A stretch of 64,000 nucleotides of DNA from the human T2T-CHM13v2.0 reference genome, Homo sapiens: the NCBI RefSeq assembly GCF_009914755.1, contig NC_060931.1. One strand, 5' to 3'. Both the position numbers and the translations under genes were made by a program. Below, piece by piece: positions 49,425 through 64,000 of this stretch; the stretch's first letter is position 1, and each line of letters starts with the position of its first letter. Under the pieces are notes generated by a model that worked only from the letters and a program-made list of their open reading frames with translations, searched no databases and was not told the origin of the DNA.

Positions 49425-52344
49425 GGAAAAGAAGTATCGGGGTTGGTCTCTATTCCGCAGACTATAGAAGTATTTGAGAAGAGAAGATTGTATTTAAAAA
49501 GTAAATAAAAATATACTGTTTTTCCATAATTATTCTCTAAGTCAAGACAATACACAATTTTGTTCATATCATTTTGCCCAAGAGGAGGAATTTGAAAAGG
49601 AGCTAATCGGTGCTGTTAAGTGCCATATTGGAGATTTTAAACTGAGAAAATATCACTGAGTTTGGTTCTTAGATAGTTGATCTTTGATGAGATAATTTCA
49701 GCATAAGCCTGGAGGCTAACAAAGAAAATCAGATTGTGCTATTTCTTGACTCAAGGTGGAACCAACTCTGTGGGTGCAATTAACGAACCAGAGCTTTGCC
49801 GTAGGATCAGACTTCAGCTAGCCTGAAGGTGGAAACGCATTCTTGTTGGATTTTTTTCCGTTTCCTTATCCTCTTTCTCACTTCTTTCTCTGAGGGCATT
49901 GCATTTAATAAATCAATGGAAAAAGAATCCCCATCTCAGACTCAGCTTTAGAAGACAGAGGTGTATAAAGGAGCCAGGGGACTGCAGAGATACAATGATT
50001 GAAATTAATTTGTGGTGGAGTTTATCAGAATATTATGATGGTTGCTGGACTCTTGTTTTATCTAACTTTTCTAGCTGTCCACAGCATTTGGAAATGGCAG
50101 CAGTGAAAACAGCTGGTAGGTTAACAGGATAAAATGCAAGGAAATTGATTGTTCTGGAATGGAAAATATGAAAAAACTGACTATAAGATGTAGGCTGGAG
50201 GAGAATATGTAAAATCTAATGGTAGAGCTGTTAGGAAAGAGGGCTAAAATGAGCAAGCAGAAACTCTATTACATCAGTTATATTTGCTCTTGCCTTTACC
50301 TATAGATTATCCTCAGTTTTTCAAGACTCTTTGAAGCTTCAAAAATTCTATATACCCCAAAAGAGAAAGAGCATGCCTTTGAGATATAACAGTATTAGCT
50401 GTTTCCAGCAGATTTGTAAACAATTCTTTACCACAGGAAAGATGAAGTCATATATTTATAGCTTGATGTTGTAACTATATTCAAAAACATCCAACAGATA
50501 ACTGGACCAATTACTAGAATACAGGAAAAATCAGCATCAGAGCTTACTCTTTTTCTTTTATTTATTATACTAAAAGTTTGATATTTGAGCTAATATAATC
50601 CCTGCATGGGGTCGAGTGTTTTAAACATTCTGATGGATTCCTTCCAAAGCAAATATGATCTCTTTAAAAAGGTATCCTCCCCACTCCCTCCTCCCTCAAG
50701 TCAGGGCTGCTTTGGGAGAAGAAAATGGATCTGATTTCATCAGGGATTAACAGTACTTTTATTTTTGTTTGTTTCCAAATGAGGGCAATACCCTCATATG
50801 TTACTATCTATTGAAGGATGGTTTCCCATTGATTATTAAGAAAATTTATGCAAAAATATGCTGCAGGATAGAATTTTTGAACACATATTAGGATAGAAAG
50901 TAGAACAACAGATAGTTATTGTCATCAACTATCTGTGAGCTTGAGCAATTACTTTATTGTCCAATATCCTCAGTTTCTTCATTTGAGCAATAAAGATGTG
51001 TTGGTCTCTTTTAGAATTTATAGTTAATTTATTGAATATTTACTAAAGGGATATTCTTTCTGTGCATTTGACGAGTAGCGCAAGTTCCTTGCCTCAAGAA
51101 GCTCATTGTGTAGAAAGATGCTCTCTATGAATCAAATCAACAACTTGAATTTTCAGAAGAGACCAGTTAACATACTTTCAGGGGAGAAGGAATACAAGGG
51201 TATTTCAGGCATATGAGGTGACAGAGAAATGAGCATAAAGATTATAGCAGCAAGAAAACTACAAACTACTCTTCACCTGAAGTCCTGAAACTTATTCCTG
51301 AAAAACTGCAAATACATCTTAAAATGTAATGCAAACTGGACTCAGATTAATAATTGAGAGATGTCATTAAAAAACTAGATATAATTGTATAATCTGATGG
51401 CATTGTGGCCAGTTTTATTTATTACTATCAAGTTTTAGTAGGTTTACCTCTTATTTTCAGCTACAAGGACATTATCATAACTGTTGAGTATTGCTTGTCA
51501 ATCTGCTCTCCTTAGTGAGATTAAAATATAGACAAGGTATTCACTTTCTGTTGAATTACATTTGTCATTTTGAATTTTTTGATAATTTCCATAAAACTCA
51601 CAGTGCTTATCATAAAACACGATTGTAGTTTCTTCTATGTGTTTCTGAAGGAACACATTCTATTTACTGCATTTAGGAAAGTCCTTAATTTTTACTCAAG
51701 TCTGGGTCATATTGTTTTGATATGATTTTATATAAATGTGAACTCTGTTGTTAACACGGTATTTTAAACATAAACACAATAAAACTTAAACATTTGGAAA
51801 TGAAAACGGAGGTGATACAATTTGCATTGACATATGCTTATACCTAAGAGTTCTAAAGAAAACAGCTTGAGAAATAGTAAGATACAAATTCATGTACTTC
51901 AAGTTATGTGATTGGATCATTGTCAATATTGTATGATATTCTAAGAAAATTTCAAAAAGACAGAATTTATTTAAAGTATCACAGAAAAGCTACTTTTTAA
52001 ATATCTTGAGTATGCTATAGTATTTGGTGAGAATAGAAAGTAAAATTAATTCAAACAATACCAGGTAGAGTGAAACATCCAAAGATGTAGAAGAAAACGT
52101 TGTCCTTGAGATGCTTTGAGCTAACTGGAGAAGACAAAATGTCAACATAGGAAATGCTATATTCTTGGTACAGATCTCAAATGCTACGGAACCACGAGAA
52201 GAAGACGTCATGGGACTGGAACAGTCAGGGAGGCTCAAGGAAGTTCAATATCTTAAGGTCATTAGGGAACATTATTTGACTGGATGAAATGTGAAATAAT
52301 GGAAACTACAAATACTATCAGGATTGTAAAACGGTAATGTGAGC

Positions 52345-52389
52345 AAAGAAGGGCTTTAAATTCTAAAGAAGGGCTTTAAATTCTAAAGA
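52345..52389. repeat. Perfect tandem duplication, period 20
   Basis: aaagaagggctttaaattct x2 followed by aaaga. Confidence 0.95.
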
Positions 52390-52649
52390 TTATGAATTAA
52401 TAGCATTGACAATAGCGCTGCCACTTAGTCATCCCTTAATGTGTGGTATGAAGAGTACTATGTTATTATCTATTTTAATCCTCATAATAGGCTTATTATT
52501 CTCACTTTTCAGATTAAAAAACAGAGGCTCTAAAAGTGTTTATATTATTTTCCTAGATGTCACAGCCCAGAAGTGATGAAGCTGTCATTTGATTCTAAAT
52601 GTGTCTGGCTCTAATTCTCTCCATTTTTTGTTGTATAGCTTCTCTTTGA

Positions 52650-52948
<299 letters not shown>

Positions 52949-53950
52949 CTCTTTGAAGATTCTTAGGCAGAGTAGAGCTATGCCATATTGCTAATCAAGG
53001 ACGATTACTTATTCAGTGCTGTAGATGATGAATTGAAGGGAAAAAAGACAAAAGATAAGGATGGTAAATGGAGCACATTGGCTGTACTTCTTTTTTTTTT
53101 TTTTTAATCTCAACTTTTGTTGTAGATTAAAGGGTACACATGCAGGTTTGTTACCTGGGTAAATTGCATGATGTTGAGGTTTGGGGTCCCAGCAATCCTG
53201 TCACACATGCACTAAGCACAATACCCAACAGGTTCTTCTTCAGTCCCTTCACTCTACCCCAAATAGTGATCGCTTGTGTCTATTGTGTCCATCTTTGTGT
53301 TCATGTGTATTCAATATTTAGCTCCCACTTATAAGTGAAAACATATGGTATTTGGTTTTCTGTTCTTGCATGAGGTCACTTAGGATAATGGCCTCCAGCT
53401 CTATCCATGTTTGTACAAAGGACATGATTTCATTCATTTTTATGGCTACATAGTATTCCATGATGTATATGTACCAGATTTTCTTTATGGAATTCACTGT
53501 TGATGGACACCTAGGTTGATTACATGTCTTTGCTATTGTGAATAACACTGCAGTGAACATGTAGATGCATGTGTCTTTTTGATAGAATGAATTGTTTTCC
53601 TTTGGGTATCTACCCAGTAGTGGGACTGTTGGGTTGAATGGTAGCACTATTTTAAGTTCTTTGAAAAATCTCCAAACTGCTTTTAATAGTGACTGAATTA
53701 GTTTGCATTCCCACCAACAGTGCATAAGCATTCCTTTTTCTCTCCAGCCTCATCAACATCTGTTTTTTTGTTTTTTTGTTTTTTTTACTTTTTAATAATC
53801 ATCATTCTGACTGGTGTGGGATGATTTCACATTGTAGTTTTGATTTGCATTTCTCTGATGATTAGAGATGTTGAATATTTTTTCAGGTTTGTTGGTTGCT
53901 TGTATGTCTTCTTTGAAGAAGTGTCTGTTCATGTCCTTTGTCCATTTTTT

Positions 53951-54241
53951 TTTTTGTTTCTGAGACAAAGTCTCGTTCTGTTGCCCGCGCTGGAGTGCAG
54001 TGGCATGATCTCGGCTCACTGCAGCCTCCGCCTCCTGCGTTCAAGCAATTCTCCTGCCTCAGCCTCCTGAGTAGCTAGGACTACAGTTGCGTGCCACCAT
54101 GCCCAGCTAATTTTTTGTATTTTTAGTAGAGACAGGGTTTCATCATGTTGGCCAGGATGTCTCGATCTCCTAACCTCGTGATCTGCCCGCCTTGGCCTCT
54201 GAAAGTGCTGGGATTACAGGCATGAGCCATTGCACTCTGCC
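53951..54241 (-). mobile_element. AluS (Sc/Sg-like) nested in L1
   Basis: Full antisense dimer with TSD ctttgtcca(t/a)ttttt. Confidence 0.92.
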
Positions 54242-56084
54242 CTTTGTCCAATTTTTAACTGGACTTTTTGATTTTGCTTGTTGATTTAAATTCCTTATGG
54301 ATTCTGAGTATTAGATCTTTGTTAGATGCATAGTTTGCGAATGTTTTCTCCCATTCTGTAGGCTGTTTATTCTGTTTGTAATTTTTTTGTTGTGTGCAGA
54401 GGCTCTTTAATTAGGTCACAATTGTCAATTTTTGTTTTTGTTGCAATTGCCTTTGAGGACTTAGCCATAAATCCTTTGCCAAAGCATATGTTGAGAAGTC
54501 TATTTCCTAGCTTTTCTTCTGGATTTTCATATTTTGAGTTCTTATGTTTAAATATTTAATCCATCTTGAGTTAATGTTCATATATAGTGAGAGGTGTGCA
54601 GGTTTATTTCTAGATTCACTGTTCTGTTTCTCTGGTCTATGCATCTGTTTTTATACCAATACCATGCTGTTTTGGTTACTGTAGCCTTACAGTATAGTTT
54701 GAAGATGGATAATGTGATGCCTCCAGCTTTGTTCCTTTTGCTTAGGATTGCTTTGGCTATTCAGGCTGTTTTTTGTTCCAAATGAATTTTAGAATAGATT
54801 TTTCTAATTCTGTGAAAAAGGATGTTGGTATTTTGATAGGAATAATGTTGAATCTATAAATTGCTTTGGCAAGTATGGCCATTTTAATGATATTGATTTT
54901 TCCAGTCCATGCGCATGGAATATTTTGTCATTCATTTGTGTCATTTCTGGTTTCTTTCAGCAGTGTTTTGTAGTTCTTCTTGCAGAGGTCTTTCACTTTC
55001 TTGGTTAGATGAATTTCTAGGTGTTTCATTTTCTTTGTGCCTATTGTAAATGGGATTGTGTTATTAATTTGGTTCTTAGCTAGAATGTTGTTGGTTTATA
55101 AAAATGCTAATGATTTTTTTACATTGATTTTGTTCCTGAAACTTTACTGAATTTATAAATTCCAGGAGCCTTTGGCAGAGTCTTTAGGGTTTTCTATATA
55201 TGTAAAATCATATTGTCATCAAAGAGAGATAGTTTGACTTCTTCTTTTTCTATTTGGATGCCTTGTCTTTGTTTCTCTTGTCTGATTGCTCTAGCTAGGG
55301 CTTCCAATACTATGTTGAATAGGAGTGGTGAGAGTAGGCATCCTTGTCTTGTTCTAGTTCTCAAAGGAAATGATTCCAGCTTTTGCCCATTCAGTCTGAT
55401 ATTGGTTGTGGGTTTGTCACAGATGGCTCTAATTATTTTGGAGTATTTTCCTTTAATGTCTAATCTGTTGAGGATTTTTATCATGAAGAGATGTTGAATT
55501 TTACTGAAGGCTTTTTTTCTGTATCTATAAAAATGATCATATAGTTTTTTATTCTGTTTATGTGGTGAATCACACTTACTGATTAAAGTATGTTGAACCA
55601 ACCTTGCATACCAGAAAAGAAAAGCCCACTCGATCATGGGAAATTAACTCTTGATATGCTGCTGATTGCTAGTATTTTTTGGGCATTTTTGCATCTACAT
55701 TTATCAGAGATATTGTTGTTTTTTTTTTTTTGTTGTGCCTCTGCCAGGTTTTGGTATCAGGATGATGCAGGCTTTATAGAATGAGATAGAAGCACCTCTC
55801 CCTCAATTTTTTTGGAAAAGTCTCAGTAGGATTGGTATCACTTTTTTGTGTATCTGGTAGAATTAGTCAACAAATCCATCTGGTTCTGGGGTCTTTTTGG
55901 TTGATAGATTTTTTTTATTACTGATTCAATTTCTGAACTTGTTACTGGTCTGTTCAGGTTTTCACTTTCTTTCTGATTCAATCTTGGGAGGCTGTATGTT
56001 TCTAGAAATTTATCCATTTCCTCCAGATTTTCTAATTTGTATGCATAGAGGTGTTCATAATCTTGTCTGAGGATCAAAATCTCA

Positions 56085-56490
<406 letters not shown>

Positions 56491-57619
56491 TTATCAAGAG
56501 ACACATTTCACATGTAATGACACTCACAAGCTCAAACAAAGGGGATGGAGGAAGTTCTATCAAGCAAATGAAAAACAAAAACAAAAAGAGCAGGAGTTGT
56601 TATTATTTTATCAGATAAAATAGATTTTAAATGAACAACAATTGGGAAGGACAAAGAAGGGTACTACATAATGATAAAGGGTTCAATTCAACCAGAAGAC
56701 TTAACTATTCTAAATATATATGCACCCAACATAGCACCACCCAGATTTATAAAACAAGTTTTTCTTTACCTATGAAAAGACTTAGACAGCCATACAATAA
56801 TAGGGGGGACTTTAACACCCCACTGTCAGTATTAGACAGATCATTGAGGCAGAAAACTAACAAATTCTGGGTTTAAACTTGACACTTGACCACTCAGACC
56901 CTAATACATATCTGCAAAATACTGTATCCAACAGCAACAAAATATGCAGTCTTCTCATCCATACATCAACATATTCTATGCTCAACCACATGCTTTGCTG
57001 TAAAGCAAATCTTAATAAATTTAAAAAAATCAAAACCATATCAAGCACACTCTTGGATGGCAGTACAATAAAAATAGAAATCAATACTTAGAATACTATT
57101 AAAACTACACAAAAACATGGAAATTAAATGATTCGATTCTGCATAACTGAAATTTATTCAATGGTGAACAACAAAATTAAGGCAGAAATCAAAAAATTCT
57201 TTGAAATTAATAAAAATAGAGATAAATTTACCAAAACCTTTGTGATACAGCTAAGGCACTGTTAAGAAAATTTATAATGCTAAATGCCTTCATCAAGTGG
57301 CTAGAAACATCTCAAATTAATGACCTAACATTGCAACTAGAGGATCTAGAAAAAAACAGAACAATCCAACCCAAAGCAAGTAGAAGAGAAGAAATAACTG
57401 AAATCAGAGAAGAACTGAACAAAATTGAGACCCATATAAAAGTCCATACAAAAGATCAATAAAACCAACAGTTTGTTATTCAAAAGAATAAAACAAATTG
57501 GTAGACCATTAGCTAGATTAACAACAACAACAAAGAAAAAGAGAAGATCCAAATAAACACAATCAGAAATGACAAAAATGACATTACAACTGATCCCACA
57601 GAAATTGGCTATATTTCTA

Positions 57620-59908
57620 TCTTTTCCATTTAATTCTTTTTAGTTTCAATCTCTCTGCTGAAATTACCTATCTAATCTTGCATGTAGCCTACCTTTTCCA
57701 TAAACACCTCTAATATATTAATCACAGTTATGTTAAGTTCCCTGTTGCATAATTACAATTCTGTGTCATATCAGAGTCTTGTTTCAATAATTGTGTTGCC
57801 TTTTCAGACTGTACTTTCTTGCCATTTTGCATGCTTTGCTATTTTTGGTTGCACAAATATAGGGAAATAAATAATGAGGTACATAGACCTTTAGTATATA
57901 GATTTATATTAACCTACTGAGGAGTGCTACATTTGAAGTATATTATTGCTGTGGTCACTAGAGGCTCCAAATTACTCTAGCAACCTTGGCTTTTGATCTT
58001 TCCTTTGTGTAGCTTTCCCAGCTGTACTGGAGGCTTGTTAACATGGTGCTTGGGTGTTCTGATGAAATTTCCATCTTTAGAGTGCACATTTGGCCTGACT
58101 CTTGTGGGTTGTGTCTTCACAAGCATCCCTCTCCTGGTGGAATGGAAATCCTCCAGGGTTCTTAGCCTTTGTTTTAGAAGTACTCTCAACTGAAGATTAA
58201 AGCTTTTATGTGACCTTAGGTGATACAGGGATATTGAAGCTGGTTAGAGCTGCCTTCTGTTAGCTGATATGGAATTTTACCTATGCTTTCAGGTGGTATC
58301 CTTTACCCTGTAGACTGAGCTTTTTGCTTCAAAAGGGACAAAGGTCTGGACAGATTTTACAATGATTGCTTTCTACATTCCCCAACTAGTACCACGGGGT
58401 ACCTTTCTCCAGTTTCTCTGCTATTCTGCCTATAAAAGTCTGAAGAGAAATCCTGCAAAATGGAGAGGAACTTCCCAAGGCTTCAGGCCCTGGGGGTTTC
58501 ATATTTTCACTCCAGACAACCTATTCCTAAGAATTTTTCGTTATAGTTTCTACTGACTTACATACATGGCACCCAGTAGAAGCTTCTTGGCCTTGTAAAC
58601 AAATGCTCGGCTTCTATGTTTCCCTGGAGGTTTCTGTCTCTTTTCAGGATGGCCATTTGTCCTATGACATTAGCTCTTTAATGAGTCCATGAAAGATCAT
58701 TAATTTGCTGCATGTTCATCTTTTTTATTTTGTTGTAAGGATAGTAAGCTTTTTTAGCTCACTACATGTTTATGCTGAAACTGAAGTCCTCAATCCATTT
58801 ACTTAAACCTATTTGAGCCTCATATTTATAATGGGTTTCTTTTGAGCAATATATAGTTCGATGTTGCTTTTTAAATCCAACCTGATAATATCTGCCTTGT
58901 AATTGGGGTGTTTGGAAAATTAGTATTTATTATGATTATTGATTAGGTTTAAATTTACCATCTTCCTGATGTTTTCTTATCAGATCTGTTTTTTTTTCTT
59001 CTTTTCTGCCTTCTTGTGAGTTCTTTTGGGTTAATCTTGTGTTTATAATGATTGTATTTTATCTTCTTTGCTTGTTCAATATGACTCTGTTTTTAATTTT
59101 ATTAATTACTTTAGGATTCATATTCTACAGATGTAACTTATCCTTATCTACTCTCAAGTGATAATATAGCAATTATACTACTTCACATATAAGGATTCTG
59201 TAGTCGTATACTTCCATTTCTTCCCTCCTGGCCTTTGCACTATGTTGCCATGCATTTTACTTCTACATAGGTTATACATCTAGCAATTCACTATTATTAT
59301 TTTGTTTTAGTCAGTTGGTTATCTTTTAGAGATATTTAAATAATAAGAAAAAAATCACCTATGTTAATTTCTTTATGTAGATACAAGTTACCATTTAATA
59401 TCATTTTTTTTTCTGCCAGGTAAACTGGCTTTAACATTTTTGTGCAACAGGAATTCACTGTTGGTAAATTCTTTCACTCTTTAGTATTCTAAACCAGTCA
59501 TGGTTTCACCTCATTTTTGAAAGCTACTTTTTTCCAGGTATAAGAGTCTCAGATGACAAGTTTTCTTTTTCCTTTTAGTGCTTTAAAGGTGTTTACTGTC
59601 TTGTCTTTTGCATTGTTCAGAAACAAAAAGCTGCTACCATTCTTATTTTGTTTCTTTGTATGTAACTTTTCCATTTCTATGGCTGCTTTAACATTTTAAC
59701 CTTTATCAATGTTTTTTAACCAATTTGATTGTGAAGTGTCTTGGCATTATGTGTTTGAATTTCCTTGTTCTGCATGTTCATTGAGCCTCTTGAATTTATG
59801 AGTTCATAATATTCATTAAACTTAACAAAATTAATAATTTTTTATTCAAATATTTTGTCTCTCCTTAGTCCTCTTCTTTGACTATTCCAATGTATAATAT
59901 ACATTTAA

Positions 59909-59948
<40 letters not shown>

Positions 59949-60600
59949 TCATTTAAAGTTGTCTCAGAGCCACTAATACTGTTTATTATTTTGGGGGCTT
60001 TATATCCTTTTTGTGTTTTATTTTGGATTGTGCGATTTCTATATAAATTTGTTTACCAGCAATGTTTAAGATTTTGCTATCCTAGTTAGTATTTTTATTG
60101 TTGCTTTTATCTCACACATTGTGACTTTCATCTCTAGAAGTTCAATTTGGGTCATTTTTATATCTTTGCTTAACTTTTTGAACATATGGAATACAGTTAA
60201 GTACCTTTTAATATCCTTGTTTGCTACTTCTAACATCTGTGTCAGTTCTGGACAGGTTTCAGTAGATTGAATTCTGTCCTCATTATTTGTCGTATTTTCT
60301 TGCTTTTTTCATGTTTGTGAATTTTCGACTGAATGTTAACTGTTAACTTTTATGATGTTAGATGTATGTGATGTTTGTATTCCTGTTTGTGGCCTTATCC
60401 TTTATTGTGGGTTGCAGTTAGCTTACTTGGAATTAATTTGATTGTTTCTGTAAAGCATATTAAGTTTTGTTCTGATCAACAGCTGAGATATTTGTGGTTT
60501 ATTTTATTCCTTTTTTGGCTTGCTTTTAAGCTTACATAAGGCATATCTAGTGTGGTCTTTAGTGATTTTTTTTGATTACTCGGATGTGCTAATTAGTTGT
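57620..60600 (-). mobile_element. Old L1M remnants
   Basis: T-rich degenerate antisense L1 motifs (tcaatccatttactt, ttttaaatccaacctgataatatctgcc, tctctagaagttcaatttgg). Boundaries approximate. Confidence 0.6.
59910..59946. repeat. (TG)18 microsatellite
   Basis: Uninterrupted TG run. Confidence 0.98.
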
Positions 60601-61308
60601 CACTAGTGAATGTGATCAGTGACAAGAGAACATCATACTCTGATTGTCTGGAATCCCCATCCTGTATAAATTCTGGAAACCATTCAGGACTCAGGTCTAC
60701 AAGCCTTGTTTACCTAACCTCATGGAGTTTCACTCTTCATGTACACTTCTTATTAGTTTGCAAAGACTTAGGGGACATTCAGAAGATTTTTTAGAGCCCT
60801 TTGTCTGCATGGCTCCCTCTTCTCTTGAAGTCCATCTTACAGCATCTACCCACCTCAGACCCTTTGAATTCTGTGCTCTGTCTGGAATTTCCCTTCCTGC
60901 TCCAAGGTTCAGAATGTAAAGTTGGGACAAACGTAGGGCTCATCTCATTCATTTTCTCTCTTACAAAACATTAAAGTTCTGTGCTGTGGCTTCCTAAAAG
61001 TCTGTAATCAGTGGTTTTATATATTTTAACCAGTTTTGTTATTAAGTTAGTAGAGTAAATCTGGTGTTTGTTACTCCATCATAGCCACTAGTAGGCGTTA
61101 AAAAACAAAAGCAATCTGCAACATTATACTTGTCTAGAGCTATTTCCCAGTGGTAGACGGTGGTTGCCTCATACTTATCATAGGGCCTAGAGTGTGGGAG
61201 AGTTCCTCTTCATTTCCTTCTTCACCCTCAGGCCCAGGCAGCCGTCTGTAGTTGCCTGTCAGAGAACATCTCTCAGCACTCTAGTTTCTTCCCCAGGGGT
61301 AGATGTCA

Positions 61309-61745
<437 letters not shown>

Positions 61746-61921
61746 CTAAATTTTTACCGCCCTACATCCGGTCTTTCTCATGAGCACTCAGTAATGGCTC
61801 ATGAATGCCAATTGACATAGCTTGCAGACACCTGTCTGTGTATTCGAGGGCTTTTAAACTGCTAGGTAAGCTTACAATTGGCGTTTAAATATGTGTTAAA
61901 AGTTCAGCTGCTTTCTTTCTG

Positions 61922-62250
61922 AAGTAGTCCCACCTTATCTTTTGAGGGATATGTTCCAAGACCCTCAGTGGATGCCTGAAACCTTGGACAGCACTGAACC
62001 CTATATATACTATGTTTTTTTTTCTATATATGCATATCTACAATAAAGTTTAATTTATAAATTAGGCACAATAAGAGACTAACAATAATTAATAATAAAA
62101 TAAAACAATTATACTAACATAATAAAAGGTATGTGAATGTAGTCTCTCTCAAATATTCTCTCAAATATTTCTCTCTCAAAATATCTGATTGTACTGGACC
62201 CTGGGTAACTGAAACCAGAGAGTGAAACCACACATCAGGAAGGACCACTG
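61922..62250 (+). mobile_element. MER44A (Tigger-derived MITE)
   Basis: agtagtcccaccttatc..gttccaagaccctcagtggatgcctgaaacc..gggtaactgaaacc..gaccactg. Confidence 0.9.
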
Positions 62251-63409
62251 CACCTGTTTCTATGGTGACTTCCTTCTTCTATGTCAGCTCTGTCAAAGAC
62301 AAAACTCTTGTATGCCCTTTTATTTTCTAGTAGGGGCTGTCATTCTTCTTAGTTCATTTGGTTATTTTGTGACATCAGCTCTCTGATGGGCTTAAAATAA
62401 TCATGATTTTGGAAGATATCCAACTTTTTCTTGTCAGTGTGGCAATAATTTTCTTTGGTAAAATTCCACATGTTAAATGGAAGCAGAATCTCTTCAATCA
62501 CTCTCTTAACTCTGCTGTCATTAACCCATCATCTTGTCAATCTCTACTCCGAAGGCATGTGTTTGGGGATTTTTTTTTTCCTTTTCCCTCCCCAGATCAC
62601 AAGGAGATTATTGATTTATTGATTTATTCATTAATTCAACACATTTTGTTGAGTACTGAAGCTCTAAGAATGTGTGATACTATGCAACATAAATAAATAG
62701 GTAATTCCAATCAATATTAAACACTGTAATTAAAGATTCCTGAGTACTACAAGAACAATGTAGAACTCAATGGCAACAACATGTAACGTAAGACATGGTA
62801 TGTTGAATGTGACTTTATAAAGGCAAATACATGTAAACTAACAACTGAGTAGGAATTACTCAGGTGAAGGAGTGGGTAGTGTCTCAGCATAGCTAAAAGC
62901 ATTGCTAAAGTGTATGAGAAAAAAGGTGGCTTTTTCAGGAGAGAAATTAAATGTGGTTAGAGGAAAGCACATTTGAGAAAAGAGAGGAGGAAAGAGTAGC
63001 AAAAACTGTACCTAATTTGTAACCACAGACCACCTTATGAAAGGGTAATTAAATTAAGTTAAAAAGGTTGGGTTTCAGCAACAAAGAGGGTACTTTACAC
63101 TTGACACTTGGCAATAGCACCATCTGAATCTGTTTCTTCTTGTCTTCTTGTTTTTCTTCCCTATTCCTTGTCCTGCTTCTGATATGATTCCTTAATGGCT
63201 TTTAGTTCGGAAAGAAGAATACTTAAAATGTGAATAAACACATCACAGTACTTCAAGTTGAGAAAAGAGTGTGTGGGAAATCATGGAAGAGTTAATGTCT
63301 TCAAACAACCACTCAGTGTAGTTGGAGGATGGGAAGATTTTAGGTTAAAACTGGCAAAATACATTAGAGATAGCTCACAAAGAGACTATCATTATTATTA
63401 TCATAAAAG

Positions 63410-63925
63410 AGAAAACATAAAGTGAAATTTTTTATCTTCACCATTTTTAAGTGTACATTCCAGTAGCATTAAGTATATTTCCGCTGTTCTGAAAACCTCC
63501 ACAACTTTTTCGTCTGCAAATCTGAAACTCTATACTCATTAAACAACAGCTCCTCTTTCATCCCTCCTCCCAGCTGCTGCTGACCAACATTCTATGTTCT
63601 GTTTCTGTGAATTTGACTATGTTAGAGGTCACCTATGTGTGGGATTATACAGTATTTGTATTTTGTGACTGGCTTATTTTCCTTAACATAATGTCGTCAA
63701 AGTTCATCCGTGTATTTATTTCCCTTTTAAGAATGAATAAAGTTCTGATGTATGAATAGACCACATTTTGTTTATCCATTCATCTGTCCATGGTCATTGG
63801 GGTTGCTTCTACCTGTTGGCTATTGTGAGTAGTGCTGCTATGAACATGGGTGTTCAAATGTCTTTTTGAGATCCTACTTTCAATTCTTTTGAATACATAC
63901 GATGACTTGGGATTGCTAGGTCGTA
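63410..63925 (-). mobile_element. L1MB-type 3' end
   Basis: accatttttaagtgtacattccagtagcattaagtatatt..ctgaaactctatactcattaaacaac..ttttgtgactggcttattt. Confidence 0.85.
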
Positions 63926-63927
63926 TG

Positions 63928-64000
63928 TGCTATGGTTTGAATGTGTCCCTTCCAAAATTCAGGTGTTGCCAATGTAATAGTGTTAAGATGTGAATCTTTT
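63928..64000 (+). mobile_element. MaLR LTR 5' end (MSTD/MLT1A-like), runs off the window
   Basis: tgctatggtttgaatgtgtcccttccaaaattcaggtgttgccaatgt. Confidence 0.8.

Overview
AT-rich mammalian genomic DNA, almost certainly human because it contains an AluYb8. It is mostly interspersed repeats (L1, Alu, L2, MIR, MaLR LTRs, hAT and Tc-mariner MITEs), and I can support no host protein-coding exon or RNA gene. The long ORFs in the track that I can recognise derive from L1 or Alu. Nearly all L1s lie on the minus strand. The most unusual part is a 9.3-kb nested L1 block (31244-40590) inside an L2. It holds an L1PA4-type element with a 5' micro-inversion and an apparent 3' transduction, into which a near-full-length L1PA3-type element inserted. 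That L1PA3 carries an extra ~378-bp inverted copy of its own ORF1, so its transcript would fold into a long dsRNA hairpin, and it also has a micro fold-back lesion that stops ORF2. Subfamily names come from my recall of diagnostic positions, not a database search, and boundaries of old elements are approximate. I see no clear evidence of a new gene system. The self-hairpin L1 is the best candidate for something undescribed.
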